A stretch of 59,311 nucleotides of DNA from Alphaproteobacteria bacterium (GCA_031402515.1 JANNSK010000114.1:1-59311); one strand, 5' to 3'. Positions 46,251-54,795 are shown, counted from the stretch's first letter. The notes: a model not told the origin generated them from the letters alone. Numbers and translations: made by a program.

Positions 46251-46433
46251 ATCTTCCTAGCAACTAGCACTAGCGACTAGCACTAGCACTCATCTTATGA
46301 CCCTCCATCTCTACCGTCCCGTACGCTGGTGGCGGCAGGGGGCAATGCTGCTTGATGCAGGGACCCATCACAATCTAACGCCGGAAGACGAAGCGCTGCT
46401 CATCGCGCTCCGCCTGGCTACGAAAATTCCACC

Positions 46434-46548
46434 CGTCATTCCAGCGCAAGCTGGAATCCACCTTCTTTTTAAAAAAGAAAGATGGATTCCCGATGAAGAC
46501 TTGCAACCAAACGCGATGCGTTTGGGCAAGCCTAGCTCGGGAATGACG
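46434..46548. repeat. Repeat family D, copy D3
   Basis: CGTCATTCCAGCGCAAGCTGGAATCCACCTTCTTT...GCCTAGCTCGGGAATGACG. The ORF track translates it as the spurious N-terminus of g6 (VIPAQAGIH). Confidence 0.75.
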
Positions 46549-46581
46549 ATTCCCTTTTGCTTCCCTTTTTGCGGAGAAACC

Positions 46582-47130
46582 ATGACCGACGATAACACGA
46601 CCCATCTGAAATTGATTACAGCACCTGCCAGCGAACCGCTGTCGGTGGCGGAAGCGAAATTATTTTTGCGCATCGAGCATACGGCAGATGATGCATTGGT
46701 CACGCGGGCGATCGCCGCGTCGCGCGAGGCGGCGGAGCAATATCTGCGCAGCGCGCTGTTGCCGCAAATCTGGGAATATACGGTGGCGAATCCCTATCGC
46801 TGCGAAGTCCGGCTGCCATTCGGCCCGGCGCAATCCATCACCAGTATTGTGGCCACGGATAGCGCAGGCGAGGAAAATACGCTGGATAGCGATACGTACA
46901 AGCTGAGCGTTGATGGCAGCATGGTGCTGTTTGTGAATACGCCGTCGTCGGAGAAAATCGCGATACGCTATAGCGCGTCCGTGGCCTCCGATGCGGCGAC
47001 GCTTCCGGCGTTGATCAAGCAAGGGATGTTACATCACATCGCGGCGATGCTCGAGCAGCGTGAGGGCATCGTACCGCTGCCGATGCAATCCATCGCGTGT
47101 TACATGCCGTATCGGAAAATGTCGCTTTAG
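46582..47130 (+). CDS. Head-tail connector protein (phage gp6-like; RcGTA g6-like)
   Basis: GGAGAA Shine-Dalgarno motif then ATG at 46582 (MTDDNTTHLKL). LSVAEAKLFLRIEHTADDALVTRAIAASREAAEQY is typical of the gp6-like connector family. Confidence 0.8.
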   Translation: MTDDNTTHLKLITAPASEPLSVAEAKLFLRIEHTADDALVTRAIAASREAAEQYLRSALLPQIWEYTVANPYRCEVRLPFGPAQSITSIVATDSAGEENTLDSDTYKLSVDGSMVLFVNTPSSEKIAIRYSASVASDAATLPALIKQGMLHHIAAMLEQREGIVPLPMQSIACYMPYRKMSL

Positions 47131-47153
47131 TGCTAAGGCCATCCTTTCTTTAA

Positions 47154-47299
47154 CTCCCCCCTTGAGGGGGAGTCGGCGTGCCACTTAAGCGCGCCGGTGG
47201 GGGGGGGTGGGCCGTGAAGGGTACCCCCCACGGAACTCGCTGCGCTTTGCTTGCGAGTTCCCGCTCCCCCTCAAGGGGGGAGCTGGCACCGAGCAAGCG
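47154..47299. repeat. Repeat family B, copy B4
   Basis: Same hairpin pair and core as B1 and B2. Lies between g6 and g7. Confidence 0.85.
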
Positions 47300-47340
47300 T
47301 TTAATGATTACGACTTCACCATCGCCTATTAGGAAAACCC

Positions 47341-47667
47341 ATGGATGCGATTTTAGCCTCGCGGTTGCGCGAGCGGATTACGCTTGAGCGACCTGAGCGC
47401 ACGGAAGATGACTATGGCGGTGGCGAGATCGCATGGACGGCAGTGGCGACGGTTTATGCCAGTATCAAGCCGATTATTGGCACGGCGCGTGAGATTGCCC
47501 GCGCCGATCAGGTGGTGGCGATTGCGGGTTATCGCATCACCATTCGCCTCCGTGACGATGTCGATGCCAGCATGCGGATTCTGTGGAAGTCGCGCATGTT
47601 GATGATTCATTCGCTGCATGAAAGCGCGACGACACTTGAAATTTTAGCCTACGAGGAGATGGCATGA
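47341..47667 (+). CDS. Head-tail adaptor (SPP1 gp16-type; RcGTA g7-like)
   Basis: 108 aa. LRERITLERP....DDYGG....W..VATVYASIKP...RE pattern. Confidence 0.8.
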   Translation: MDAILASRLRERITLERPERTEDDYGGGEIAWTAVATVYASIKPIIGTAREIARADQVVAIAGYRITIRLRDDVDASMRILWKSRMLMIHSLHESATTLEILAYEEMA

Positions 47668-48068
47668 GCACGCTCGCATTGAACAGCGTCCAGCAGGGGC
47701 TTTACAGCAAACTGATCGGCGACGGTGTGCTCATGGATATGATTGCCGGCGTGTTCGACGCGGTGCCTGAGCGCACGGCAATGCCCTATATCATCATCGG
47801 CGATGGGGTGGCGAAGGAAGCGGCGGCACTCGAAAGCGCCAGCGTGCAATGCGAACTCGTCATCGATGTATGGACGGATGCGGCAGGCCGCAAAACCGCG
47901 CTGACAATTATGAATCGGATTTATGGGCTACTGCATCAAGGGACGCTCAGCCTATCCGGCTTTGAAGTGATCCTGATGCGCTGCGAGGAAGCGGCGACCC
48001 GGCTGGAACCCGATGGGCCGCATATGCGGGGGGAGATGCTTTTTAGTGCGCTGGTAAGGGTGGTGTAA
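47664..48068 (+). CDS. DUF3168-type GTA protein (RcGTA g8-like)
   Basis: ATGA overlap with g7. 134 aa. VQQGLYSKLIGDGVLMDMIAGVFDAVPE...PYIIIGD is typical of this family (from memory). Confidence 0.75.
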   Translation: MSTLALNSVQQGLYSKLIGDGVLMDMIAGVFDAVPERTAMPYIIIGDGVAKEAAALESASVQCELVIDVWTDAAGRKTALTIMNRIYGLLHQGTLSLSGFEVILMRCEEAATRLEPDGPHMRGEMLFSALVRVV

Positions 48069-48254
48069 GCCGACAGCCAACAGCCGACAGCCGACAGCCA
48101 ACAGCCGACAGCCGACAGCCGACAGCCGACAGCCAACAGCCGACAGCCTACAGCCGACAGCCAACAACCAACAACCAACAACCAACCAACCAACCAACCA
48201 ACCAACCAACCAACCAACCAACAGATTCTTAGCTGTAAGCTGTGGGCTGTAGGC
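48069..48254. repeat. Expanded 7-nt word array: about 14 GCC(G/A/T)ACA units, then ACCAACA units, then about ten CCAA units, then the inverted words AGCTGTA AGCTGTG GGCTGTA GGCT
   Basis: Starts at the first base after the g8 TAA and fills the gap between convergent genes. The distal words are complementary to the proximal heptamers. Confidence 0.85.
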
Positions 48255-48257
48255 TAA

Positions 48258-48824
48258 CTACTTCTTCTCTCTTATCGGTGAAAGCCGCGTATTGCGGCGC
48301 CAGACATCGATCTGGTAGGCCATGCGCTCGGTATCGACATCGCCGCAGCTGAGGCGGCCATAGACCATGGCATAACTTCCCTGCGTCGCTGCTGCGCGCT
48401 GACGGACGAGCGCGTCGGCTTCATGAATGTTTTTCGCCAGCTTCTTTACTTGCGCGTAGACGAGCAGCATTTGCCAGGTGTCGCTATATTCGTTGGGTTT
48501 CATTTTCTTGCATTTCACCAGCAGGTAACTGTTGAGCAGGATATTGTCGATCTGCTCCACCGCCTCGCTTTGATGCCGCTGGGCCGCGCTCAGTCGTGCA
48601 CCGGGGCTGAATAGTTCGATAATGGGATTGTTGGTGGTTTGCGACGGCCATGGGGCTTCAGAAGGCGGCGGTGTTACGGGAAGCGGCACGGCCGACGGCG
48701 ATACCATCGATATGGCGATAAACAATAGCGTGACCAGCCCCGCCATGCCGACAAGCGGCCAGCGGTAACCGGGAGGAATGCGCTGGCGCGCTTCCTTAAG
48801 GAGCTGGCGGAGTAGCGTTTTCAT
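48258..48824 (-). CDS. Hypothetical single-pass membrane protein
   Basis: In-frame ATG at 48824 (MKTLLRQLL...WPLVGMAGLVTLLFIAISMV). It overlaps the upstream gene's 3' end by 29 nt; alternative start at 48746. Confidence 0.5.
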   Translation of the reverse strand: MKTLLRQLLKEARQRIPPGYRWPLVGMAGLVTLLFIAISMVSPSAVPLPVTPPPSEAPWPSQTTNNPIIELFSPGARLSAAQRHQSEAVEQIDNILLNSYLLVKCKKMKPNEYSDTWQMLLVYAQVKKLAKNIHEADALVRQRAAATQGSYAMVYGRLSCGDVDTERMAYQIDVWRRNTRLSPIREKK

Positions 48825-49296
48825 GGCAATCGATGGTGATGTTTTCACCCTGGTTGATGGTGTGGGTCCATAAGCGGTCGTAAGCGAAGCAGCGATAACC
48901 AATGACCAGTTGCTTAAAGCAGGAGGCAAGCGGTTCGATTTTCAGCTCCTCGCTGGTGACGTAAAAGGTGCAGTCGAGTTTGCCGTTGCAGCGCGCGCCG
49001 AGTACGCTCAGCACATTATCGGAATTGATACGCGGCAGCGGTTTTAATGACGCGTCCGCGGTATCGTTTGCCACTTTCTGTTGGAGGCGCAACTGCTGGC
49101 GATTCAGGTTTTCCTGCTCGATGAAGCTGTTGCAGTTCTCGCCCCAGCTGGCGGTGTAAATTTGGATAAAGCGGTCGCCGGCGACTTGGCTGGGGCCCGG
49201 TGGCGGCTTATTGGGGTCGATGATCACGTAGAGCACCACAATCAAGGCGCAGATGATGGTGAGCGCCATCGCATGAAATTTCCAATTGTGCCGCAT
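48796..49296 (-). CDS. Membrane-anchored protein with a SUEL/rhamnose-binding-lectin-like Cys pattern
   Basis: N-terminal helix AMALTIICALIVVLYVI. Then IQIYTASWGENC...LGARCNGKLDCTFYVTSEELKIEPLASCFKQLVIGYRC, which resembles the Gal_Lectin signature (A.YG...C ... C.G...C......DPC.G..K.L.V.Y.C). Confidence 0.55.
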   Translation of the reverse strand: MRHNWKFHAMALTIICALIVVLYVIIDPNKPPPGPSQVAGDRFIQIYTASWGENCNSFIEQENLNRQQLRLQQKVANDTADASLKPLPRINSDNVLSVLGARCNGKLDCTFYVTSEELKIEPLASCFKQLVIGYRCFAYDRLWTHTINQGENITIDCHENATPPAP

Positions 49297-49396
49297 TGAT
49301 TGCCCCGGTTGAGTGAGGAATAGCTAACCTGAGGAATCTCGGGCGTCAATGGAATGCAGTAGTCTGATGGCGGGTGGCGGACTGAACGGCCAATGC

Positions 49397-50422
49397 TTAT
49401 TGAATACTGAAGGTGTTGCCCAGATCAGTCTTGGGCTTGTTGTTGGTATTCAAGACCAGTTTTTTATCGACGGGTGGTGTTGCGGCGGCGGGTGGTGTGC
49501 CTTCGACTGCCTCGCCGCCGGTTACAACTTTCGGGAGTGGGTTATCCAGCGCAGTGGCTTTGGATGGGTCGGGCGGCGTGGTGTCGGCTTGGGTGGTTTT
49601 TTTGCGTTCGGCCGCTGCTTGAAGATATGCGTTGAGTTCTCCTCCTGCCGCGGCAAGCATATCATGACCAGCGGAGTCTTTTCCTGACACCATTTCGCGC
49701 AGGGTAAAGGCGTTAGTGGCGTCATCCGGCGACCCTTTACGTACCGCTTCTTTCAGCATGCCGAAGATACCGGTAAGCGATGCATCTGGACGATCCCACA
49801 TATTCGAAAGCAAGCCTTTCCATTGGCTGCTCGCCAATGTTTTTTGTTCAATGCCGACAATTGATGCGGCGGCTTTTTGAGCGATGATAGCACGCTGGCT
49901 ATCATCAAGATCGTCGCCATGCTTGGCGGCAAGTGCATCCGAGAGACTGACTACTAAGTTATCATAGATGGCCTTGGCAGTAACGATGGCGGATTTTGGA
50001 TCCTTGTCCATTGACTTAAAGCCGATATATTCTTTGATAGCTGTGTTACAAATCTCTTGCAGGCCAACGGTGACTTCTTTGGGTAATTGGAGTGCGTTGG
50101 TGAGTTCTTCAAAACCAGAAAAACCTTTGATTTTGGATAACAGCTCTTGTTTTGCGTGTGCCGTCGCCTGGAAAATAACGCCGAAGATGCTGCCTACGAT
50201 CCAATCGTAAATACCCTGCAATACAGCCGCGAAGCCACTTACATATTCGCCAATGATGGGGATCTTGGAAAGTTTGAATCCCCATAGCTCGTACGCTTCT
50301 GCTTGTTCGGCGATGGTGGATGTGGCGCTTTGTATACTATCTGCAAGATCGCCGCCGCCCATACTTCTGACAGTATCGGTGACGATTGACAGGGGATTTA
50401 TCGCTGCAACTGCTGTGCCCAT
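49397..50422 (-). CDS. Hypothetical protein (341 aa), no Sec leader
   Basis: GAGGAAAT Shine-Dalgarno motif. Looks AT-richer than its flanks by eye. Hydrophobic stretch IPIIGEYVSGFAAVLQGIYDWIVGSIFGVIF. Confidence 0.65.
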   Translation of the reverse strand: MGTAVAAINPLSIVTDTVRSMGGGDLADSIQSATSTIAEQAEAYELWGFKLSKIPIIGEYVSGFAAVLQGIYDWIVGSIFGVIFQATAHAKQELLSKIKGFSGFEELTNALQLPKEVTVGLQEICNTAIKEYIGFKSMDKDPKSAIVTAKAIYDNLVVSLSDALAAKHGDDLDDSQRAIIAQKAAASIVGIEQKTLASSQWKGLLSNMWDRPDASLTGIFGMLKEAVRKGSPDDATNAFTLREMVSGKDSAGHDMLAAAGGELNAYLQAAAERKKTTQADTTPPDPSKATALDNPLPKVVTGGEAVEGTPPAAATPPVDKKLVLNTNNKPKTDLGNTFSIQ

Positions 50423-50463
50423 ATTTCCTCATCTCCATCATAGCAAAAGGGAGGGGCTTTGAA

Positions 50464-50480
50464 TGTGAAGATTTGATGAC
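50464..50480 (-). promoter_or_regulatory. Tandem-hexamer box GTCATCaaatcTTCACA (read on the minus strand)
   Basis: Followed 19 nt later by GCTATGAT. About 42 nt upstream of the start at 50422. Confidence 0.55.
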
Positions 50481-50488
50481 GATTTTTA

Positions 50489-50634
50489 GCTCCCCCCTTG
50501 CGGGGGAGCGGGATTTTCTCTTGCAACGCCGTGGGGCGATGGGCATACGAAATTACCCCCCACGCAACACGCGTCGCTAAAGCTAGCGTGTTGCCGCTCC
50601 CCCTCAAGGGGGGAGCTAGGCCCCGTGCTCACGG
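50489..50634. repeat. Repeat family B, copy B5
   Basis: Sits between the two divergent boxes at 50464 and 50643. Confidence 0.85.
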
Positions 50635-50642
50635 CCAAAACC

Positions 50643-50659
50643 TTCACGCAATTGTCACA
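50643..50659 (+). promoter_or_regulatory. Tandem-hexamer box TTCACGcaattGTCACA
   Basis: Followed 18 nt later by GCTATAAT (50678-50685). ATG at 50708. Confidence 0.6.
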
Positions 50660-50707
50660 CTTTTCAGCGCTTTTTCAGCTATAATTTAGGGTGAAGGATA
50701 GTGTCTG

Positions 50708-51982
50708 ATGGATAGAATGAGACCACATGGTTTTGACGTTGCACGTGACGGGCCGTTGCGCTTCGATGGCGATGATGCGCGCGGGAGTGACGCGCCCGAT
50801 GCGCAGGATGCGCGCGGCGGTGACGACAAGCCGATACGCATATTCAATATCATCGAAGTCAGTCCGCAAATCGTCGCCTACCTGCAGGCGGGCTACAACG
50901 TCATCTCGGATTTCGCGACGAAATTCGTCGCGCAGCCGGTCTATGACGGCACGGTTTTACTCGCGCAGCGGATGGGTATCAAAGACATCAAGCGCGCGCG
51001 TGGACTGGCGGCGGCGACCACTTTTGCTGTTGATACGACGATAAAATCCGCCGGTTATGTGGCGCCATGGTTGGGCTCGGCCCGGGGGCATCGTAAGCAA
51101 CTGAACGCGCTGGCGCGTACATTGGCGCCGGTGCTCGACGAGTTAAAGGGCGGTCATGCGTTGGTGAATCTGCATGCGGTCGGCATCAACGATAACGAAA
51201 TGATTTACGCCCAGCGGCGTAGGCTTGCCGAGGAAGCGCGGATGAGCAATGTGTCGAACGTCATCGACCTGATTATCAATGCCGGTCCCAACGTGTGGTT
51301 CAGCGCGCAACAGCTTCATCGCATGGCATACAGCAACCTGTCGCCGCGCGAACTTGCCCTCAAGGAACATGCCGACGCGCTGAAATCGGAAGGTAATCCG
51401 CGCTGGGAATTCAGGGATGCGAAGGAAACCATCGTCAACACCGCGACGGCTGGTATCGCTGATTACGTGAAGAATCTGCAGACCAAGGCGCTGGAGAAAA
51501 CACGCCAGCATTACTCGGCGATGGAGATGATCCTAGCCCTCGATGAACAGCTTAACAAGCATCCAGGAGCGACGACGATTCGGGCGCCGGGCAAGGATGG
51601 CGACCTGTTCACGCTGGAGAAATATGTGGCGCGGATTATTACCCAGCATCAGCGGGATATGGCGGATATCAGCCCGGCCCATACGGAAATCCGCAATGCG
51701 CTGAAGGAAGATTTGGTGGTGCTCGTGAAGCCTATTGCTGAATCGATCCATAAGGGCAAACTGAGCCCGCTGACGCTGGTGCGCTGGGTCGGCGAAGGCA
51801 AGCTGGTCAAGGATAAGGGCAGGGCGCTGGCGAGCCTTTCCGAAGTTCAGGGTTTGCTGGGGCAGCAGGCGGCGCCTCACGTTCCGGCGATAACCAGCCA
51901 AACTCAGGCGATTAACCGCCTTGGCGGCGAACGGGCGCATCTCGGCACCCTGCACAGCGTTGAACGGGCTTTGAATACGTAA
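50708..51982 (+). CDS. Hypothetical protein (424 aa), no Sec leader
   Basis: GAAGGA Shine-Dalgarno motif. Arg/Asp-rich N-terminus. No family recognised. Confidence 0.65.
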   Translation: MDRMRPHGFDVARDGPLRFDGDDARGSDAPDAQDARGGDDKPIRIFNIIEVSPQIVAYLQAGYNVISDFATKFVAQPVYDGTVLLAQRMGIKDIKRARGLAAATTFAVDTTIKSAGYVAPWLGSARGHRKQLNALARTLAPVLDELKGGHALVNLHAVGINDNEMIYAQRRRLAEEARMSNVSNVIDLIINAGPNVWFSAQQLHRMAYSNLSPRELALKEHADALKSEGNPRWEFRDAKETIVNTATAGIADYVKNLQTKALEKTRQHYSAMEMILALDEQLNKHPGATTIRAPGKDGDLFTLEKYVARIITQHQRDMADISPAHTEIRNALKEDLVVLVKPIAESIHKGKLSPLTLVRWVGEGKLVKDKGRALASLSEVQGLLGQQAAPHVPAITSQTQAINRLGGERAHLGTLHSVERALNT

Positions 51983-52009
51983 GGAATTCAGCGTGTTCAT
52001 AAGTGGAAT

Positions 52010-52026
52010 GTCACACAATCTTCACA
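52010..52026 (+). promoter_or_regulatory. Tandem-hexamer box GTCACAcaatcTTCACA
   Basis: Identical 17-mer to the first two hexamers of the box at 16393. GGTACTCT lies 19 nt downstream. ATG at 52071. Confidence 0.6.
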
Positions 52027-52070
52027 CTAAAAACCCCCGATTTTTGGTACTCTAGAGGCTGGAGTACTCT

Positions 52071-53825
52071 ATGGACCAACAAGGTTTTACAGCAGGAGGC
52101 GTTGGCAGCGTCAGCGAGCCATTGGCCGCTATACCGCGCATGCCCGTTGTGCGCACGGCGAGTAAGACGCCCGTCAAAACGAATGGAACGGGTAAGCCGC
52201 AGGCAGGGATGCCGCCGGTCAATACTGGCAGTACACCGACGATTGGATTTCTCAATAGCTTCAAAAATGCGACCGAACCAATGTGGCTTGTACAGTTTTT
52301 AGGTCTCTTGATGATACCGGTCGCGTGGAGTTTAGATCGTGTCGGGTTAAAAAGCGCGGCCAATGGATTACGCGGTTGGATCATCGCGCCGACCAATGCG
52401 TTGATGAATACCCGCGTCAGGGATGGATTCCATCTGCGTGCCAATGCGGTGGATGAAGCAGCCAAAATCATGCGTAATGTTGGCGGCGATACGGCCACAA
52501 AAGCTTCAGCGTTGGAAACACGATCGGTCGTCCTGCACGGAGCAGCGGCGGAGAGCGGAAAAAAATGGAGCACGTGGTTTGAACCAGCGCGCAAATGGTT
52601 CGGCGATGCGATTGACAATTTCAGCAAAAGTGGTTTTGGAAAATGGGTCGAAGCGCGGGTGAAGGGATTCACCGATTGGCGCATTAACCGTCATGGGCCG
52701 AAAGTTGGCGGCGCTATCGATATGGCGATTGATAGTATCAAGGCTTCCCCGACCGATGTGCAGGCGAAACTTGCGGGCGTACTCACGGATCTGCAGGCGG
52801 CCAAAGGTTTGACGGGCACTACACAAGCGGCCGCACTGGCGAAAGCGGAAGGCCAGATTGGACATATCGTAAAGGGTGTAGAAGGCGCGGGCGCGCAAGC
52901 TGTGCATACGGTCGGTGATCTGGTGAAGACAGCGAAATGGTCGGCGGAAACGCTGGTGAGTCATACGACGGCTGCTGCATCAGGGTTGCGGGCGATGACG
53001 AAGAATCTGCTGCGCAGCGCAGGCAATATCCCGATTTTCTTTGCGGTGGTTGGTGCCGGTGCATTGGCGGGTGCAGCAATGTATGGTCTGAAAGCGCGCC
53101 AAGATAATAAGATCGCGCGCCAAAGCCTCAAAGATATGGCGGCGGATATTGGCGATGCAAAGCATCCGATGATGATTGCGGCATCCAAGATGGCAAAGAA
53201 ACAAAGCAGCGGTCGTTGGATGAGTGCTGGCCTGACGGGCGTTGGGGAAGGCCTCGTGGCCACGCCGATGGGGATGGGGGTAGGGCCGGGGGCAGGCAAG
53301 ATGGGAATGATCGCGTTGGGTGCGGGTTTCCTGCCGAATCTTAGCCAATTACTGGTTCCGGAGAATCATTTGCTCAACGCCTATGCGACGTTGAAGCAAA
53401 ACGAACAGGGGAAAATTACTCTGCCGCCGGAACATAAAATCGACATGGTGCGCCATCTGGTCGCGGCGGTGCCAGCGGTGAATAAGCAGGGCGGCGTGGA
53501 TAATAGATTGTCGCGACCCATCGCAACGGAAATTGTGAAGCGCAATCTGTCGGTGAAGCAAACATTGCAGCTTCTGGCTAATCCGGAGCAGTTCACCGCG
53601 CTCACGAGCGAAGTCGCTGCGGCGCAGAAAAAGATTATCGAGGAAGCTGCCGCGCAGAAAAAAGCCAATGAAGAAACCGCAACACAAAAGCCGGGTGAGG
53701 TGGCAGCGACGCCGCCTGTTCCGGCGAAGCCAAAAACGGAGACGCCATCGCTGACGATTAATGCTGCAACCACCAGCAACGAAGGTCGCCTCGCTGACAT
53801 CCAGCGCGCGATGGGGCAGGTGTAG
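52071..53825 (+). CDS. Hypothetical protein (584 aa) with internal glycine-rich hydrophobic segments
   Basis: GGAG lies 6 nt before the ATG. Hydrophobic segments NIPIFFAVVGAGALAGAAMYGL and GLVATPMGMGVGPGAGKMGMIALGAGFL. Repeated AAQKK motif near the C-terminus. Confidence 0.7.
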   Translation: MDQQGFTAGGVGSVSEPLAAIPRMPVVRTASKTPVKTNGTGKPQAGMPPVNTGSTPTIGFLNSFKNATEPMWLVQFLGLLMIPVAWSLDRVGLKSAANGLRGWIIAPTNALMNTRVRDGFHLRANAVDEAAKIMRNVGGDTATKASALETRSVVLHGAAAESGKKWSTWFEPARKWFGDAIDNFSKSGFGKWVEARVKGFTDWRINRHGPKVGGAIDMAIDSIKASPTDVQAKLAGVLTDLQAAKGLTGTTQAAALAKAEGQIGHIVKGVEGAGAQAVHTVGDLVKTAKWSAETLVSHTTAAASGLRAMTKNLLRSAGNIPIFFAVVGAGALAGAAMYGLKARQDNKIARQSLKDMAADIGDAKHPMMIAASKMAKKQSSGRWMSAGLTGVGEGLVATPMGMGVGPGAGKMGMIALGAGFLPNLSQLLVPENHLLNAYATLKQNEQGKITLPPEHKIDMVRHLVAAVPAVNKQGGVDNRLSRPIATEIVKRNLSVKQTLQLLANPEQFTALTSEVAAAQKKIIEEAAAQKKANEETATQKPGEVAATPPVPAKPKTETPSLTINAATTSNEGRLADIQRAMGQV

Positions 53826-53826
53826 T

Positions 53827-54687
53827 ATGGCAGGAACTCCCAGAGTTGCACCAACACCCATAACGCGAAAAGTCAGCGGTTTTAGTAATACGTTATTCTG
53901 GGGATCGATCGGTGTAGCAATTGCGATCCCGATTTTTGGACCAATGCTTTCGCACTTCGTCGATCGTTGGCGCAATCGGCATGATACGAATAATGAACTG
54001 AGAACGCGTGCTGACTGGTATCGGTTTCAGGTGGCCAAGCAGCTTGGGATGAATCCGGCGGATGTGACGCAACGCGATTTGCTGCGCGCGGCGGAACTCA
54101 ATCCGCAACTCGCGCGGTCGGTGAAGGAAGTGTATAATAAAGAGGGCGACAATAACCGCTTCTCGCTGCTGACGATGGCGGGTGCAAGCTTAGTGCCTGT
54201 TGCCGGCGGCGGAATCAAAGCGATGGCGATGACGATGGGCGGTGCGATTGGCGGCGGAACGCTGGCGTCGTTGATGACGAAGTCGCGCGTTGATCCGCAG
54301 GATGTGATTGAGGTGATTAACGCGCAGGTGATGGCCGGACGTGGCGCGCGTAATGCAGTGTCGCCGCAGCTGGTATTCATGCTGCGTGTGGCGCAGAATG
54401 ATGCGTTGGGAAAACAGATTTCACAGATGTATGGCAAGGCGTTTCATACAATGACGGAGGCTGAACAAACGGGCGTGATGCAGGCCTATCCTCAGCTTGC
54501 CAGTGCCTGTGCCTCGGAAGCCTATGCGGTATCGACCGGCGTCATGCAGGTGCAGGAGCTGATGGCGGCGCCGCCGAATATGAACAGTATGGCGGCGAGA
54601 TATGCGCCGTCGCCGCGCAGTCAGTCGTTCGTGGCGCAGCTTGAAACCGACCGTGCCAAGCAGGTGGCGAATACGCCAAGCGTTTAG
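53827..54687 (+). CDS. Hypothetical protein (286 aa) with bilobed hydrophobic segments
   Basis: The ATG lies 1 nt after the upstream stop, suggesting an operon. Hydrophobic segments LFWGSIGVAIAIPIFGPML and LLTMAGASLVPVAGGGIKAMAMTMGGAIGGGTLASLM. Confidence 0.65.
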   Translation: MAGTPRVAPTPITRKVSGFSNTLFWGSIGVAIAIPIFGPMLSHFVDRWRNRHDTNNELRTRADWYRFQVAKQLGMNPADVTQRDLLRAAELNPQLARSVKEVYNKEGDNNRFSLLTMAGASLVPVAGGGIKAMAMTMGGAIGGGTLASLMTKSRVDPQDVIEVINAQVMAGRGARNAVSPQLVFMLRVAQNDALGKQISQMYGKAFHTMTEAEQTGVMQAYPQLASACASEAYAVSTGVMQVQELMAAPPNMNSMAARYAPSPRSQSFVAQLETDRAKQVANTPSV

Positions 54688-54763
54688 TTGCTGGTTGTTA
54701 GTTGTTGGTTGTTAGTCGCACCTCCAATTAACCAACAACTAACAACCAGCAACCAACAACGCA
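54688..54763. terminator. Hairpin with a 24-bp perfect stem made of 7-nt words (GTTGCTG GTTGTTA GTTGTTG GTT / inverted)
   Basis: Starts at the first base after the TAG at 54685-54687. Loop about 13 nt. The ORF track translates it as a false N-terminus of g12. Confidence 0.7.
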
Positions 54764-54795
54764 TTAAACTCTCATCATTCACAAAAGGATTTATC

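Noticed and set aside
47936-48221. ORFs encoding WLVGWLVG / AVGCRLSAVGC peptides.
   Set aside because: They are pure translations of the heptamer and CCAA array on the minus strand.
48069-48254. Possible CRISPR array (a regularly spaced repeat block).
   Set aside because: The units are 7 nt and 4 nt, directly tandem with no spacers, and no cas genes are present. It is a microsatellite-like word array.
52071-53825. Calling the 584-aa protein the GTA tape-measure protein.
   Set aside because: Its position and Gly-rich hydrophobic segments are suggestive. But it has its own box promoter, is more than twice the RcGTA g11 size, and I see no tape-measure-typical sequence. It is left as a hypothesis in the findings.
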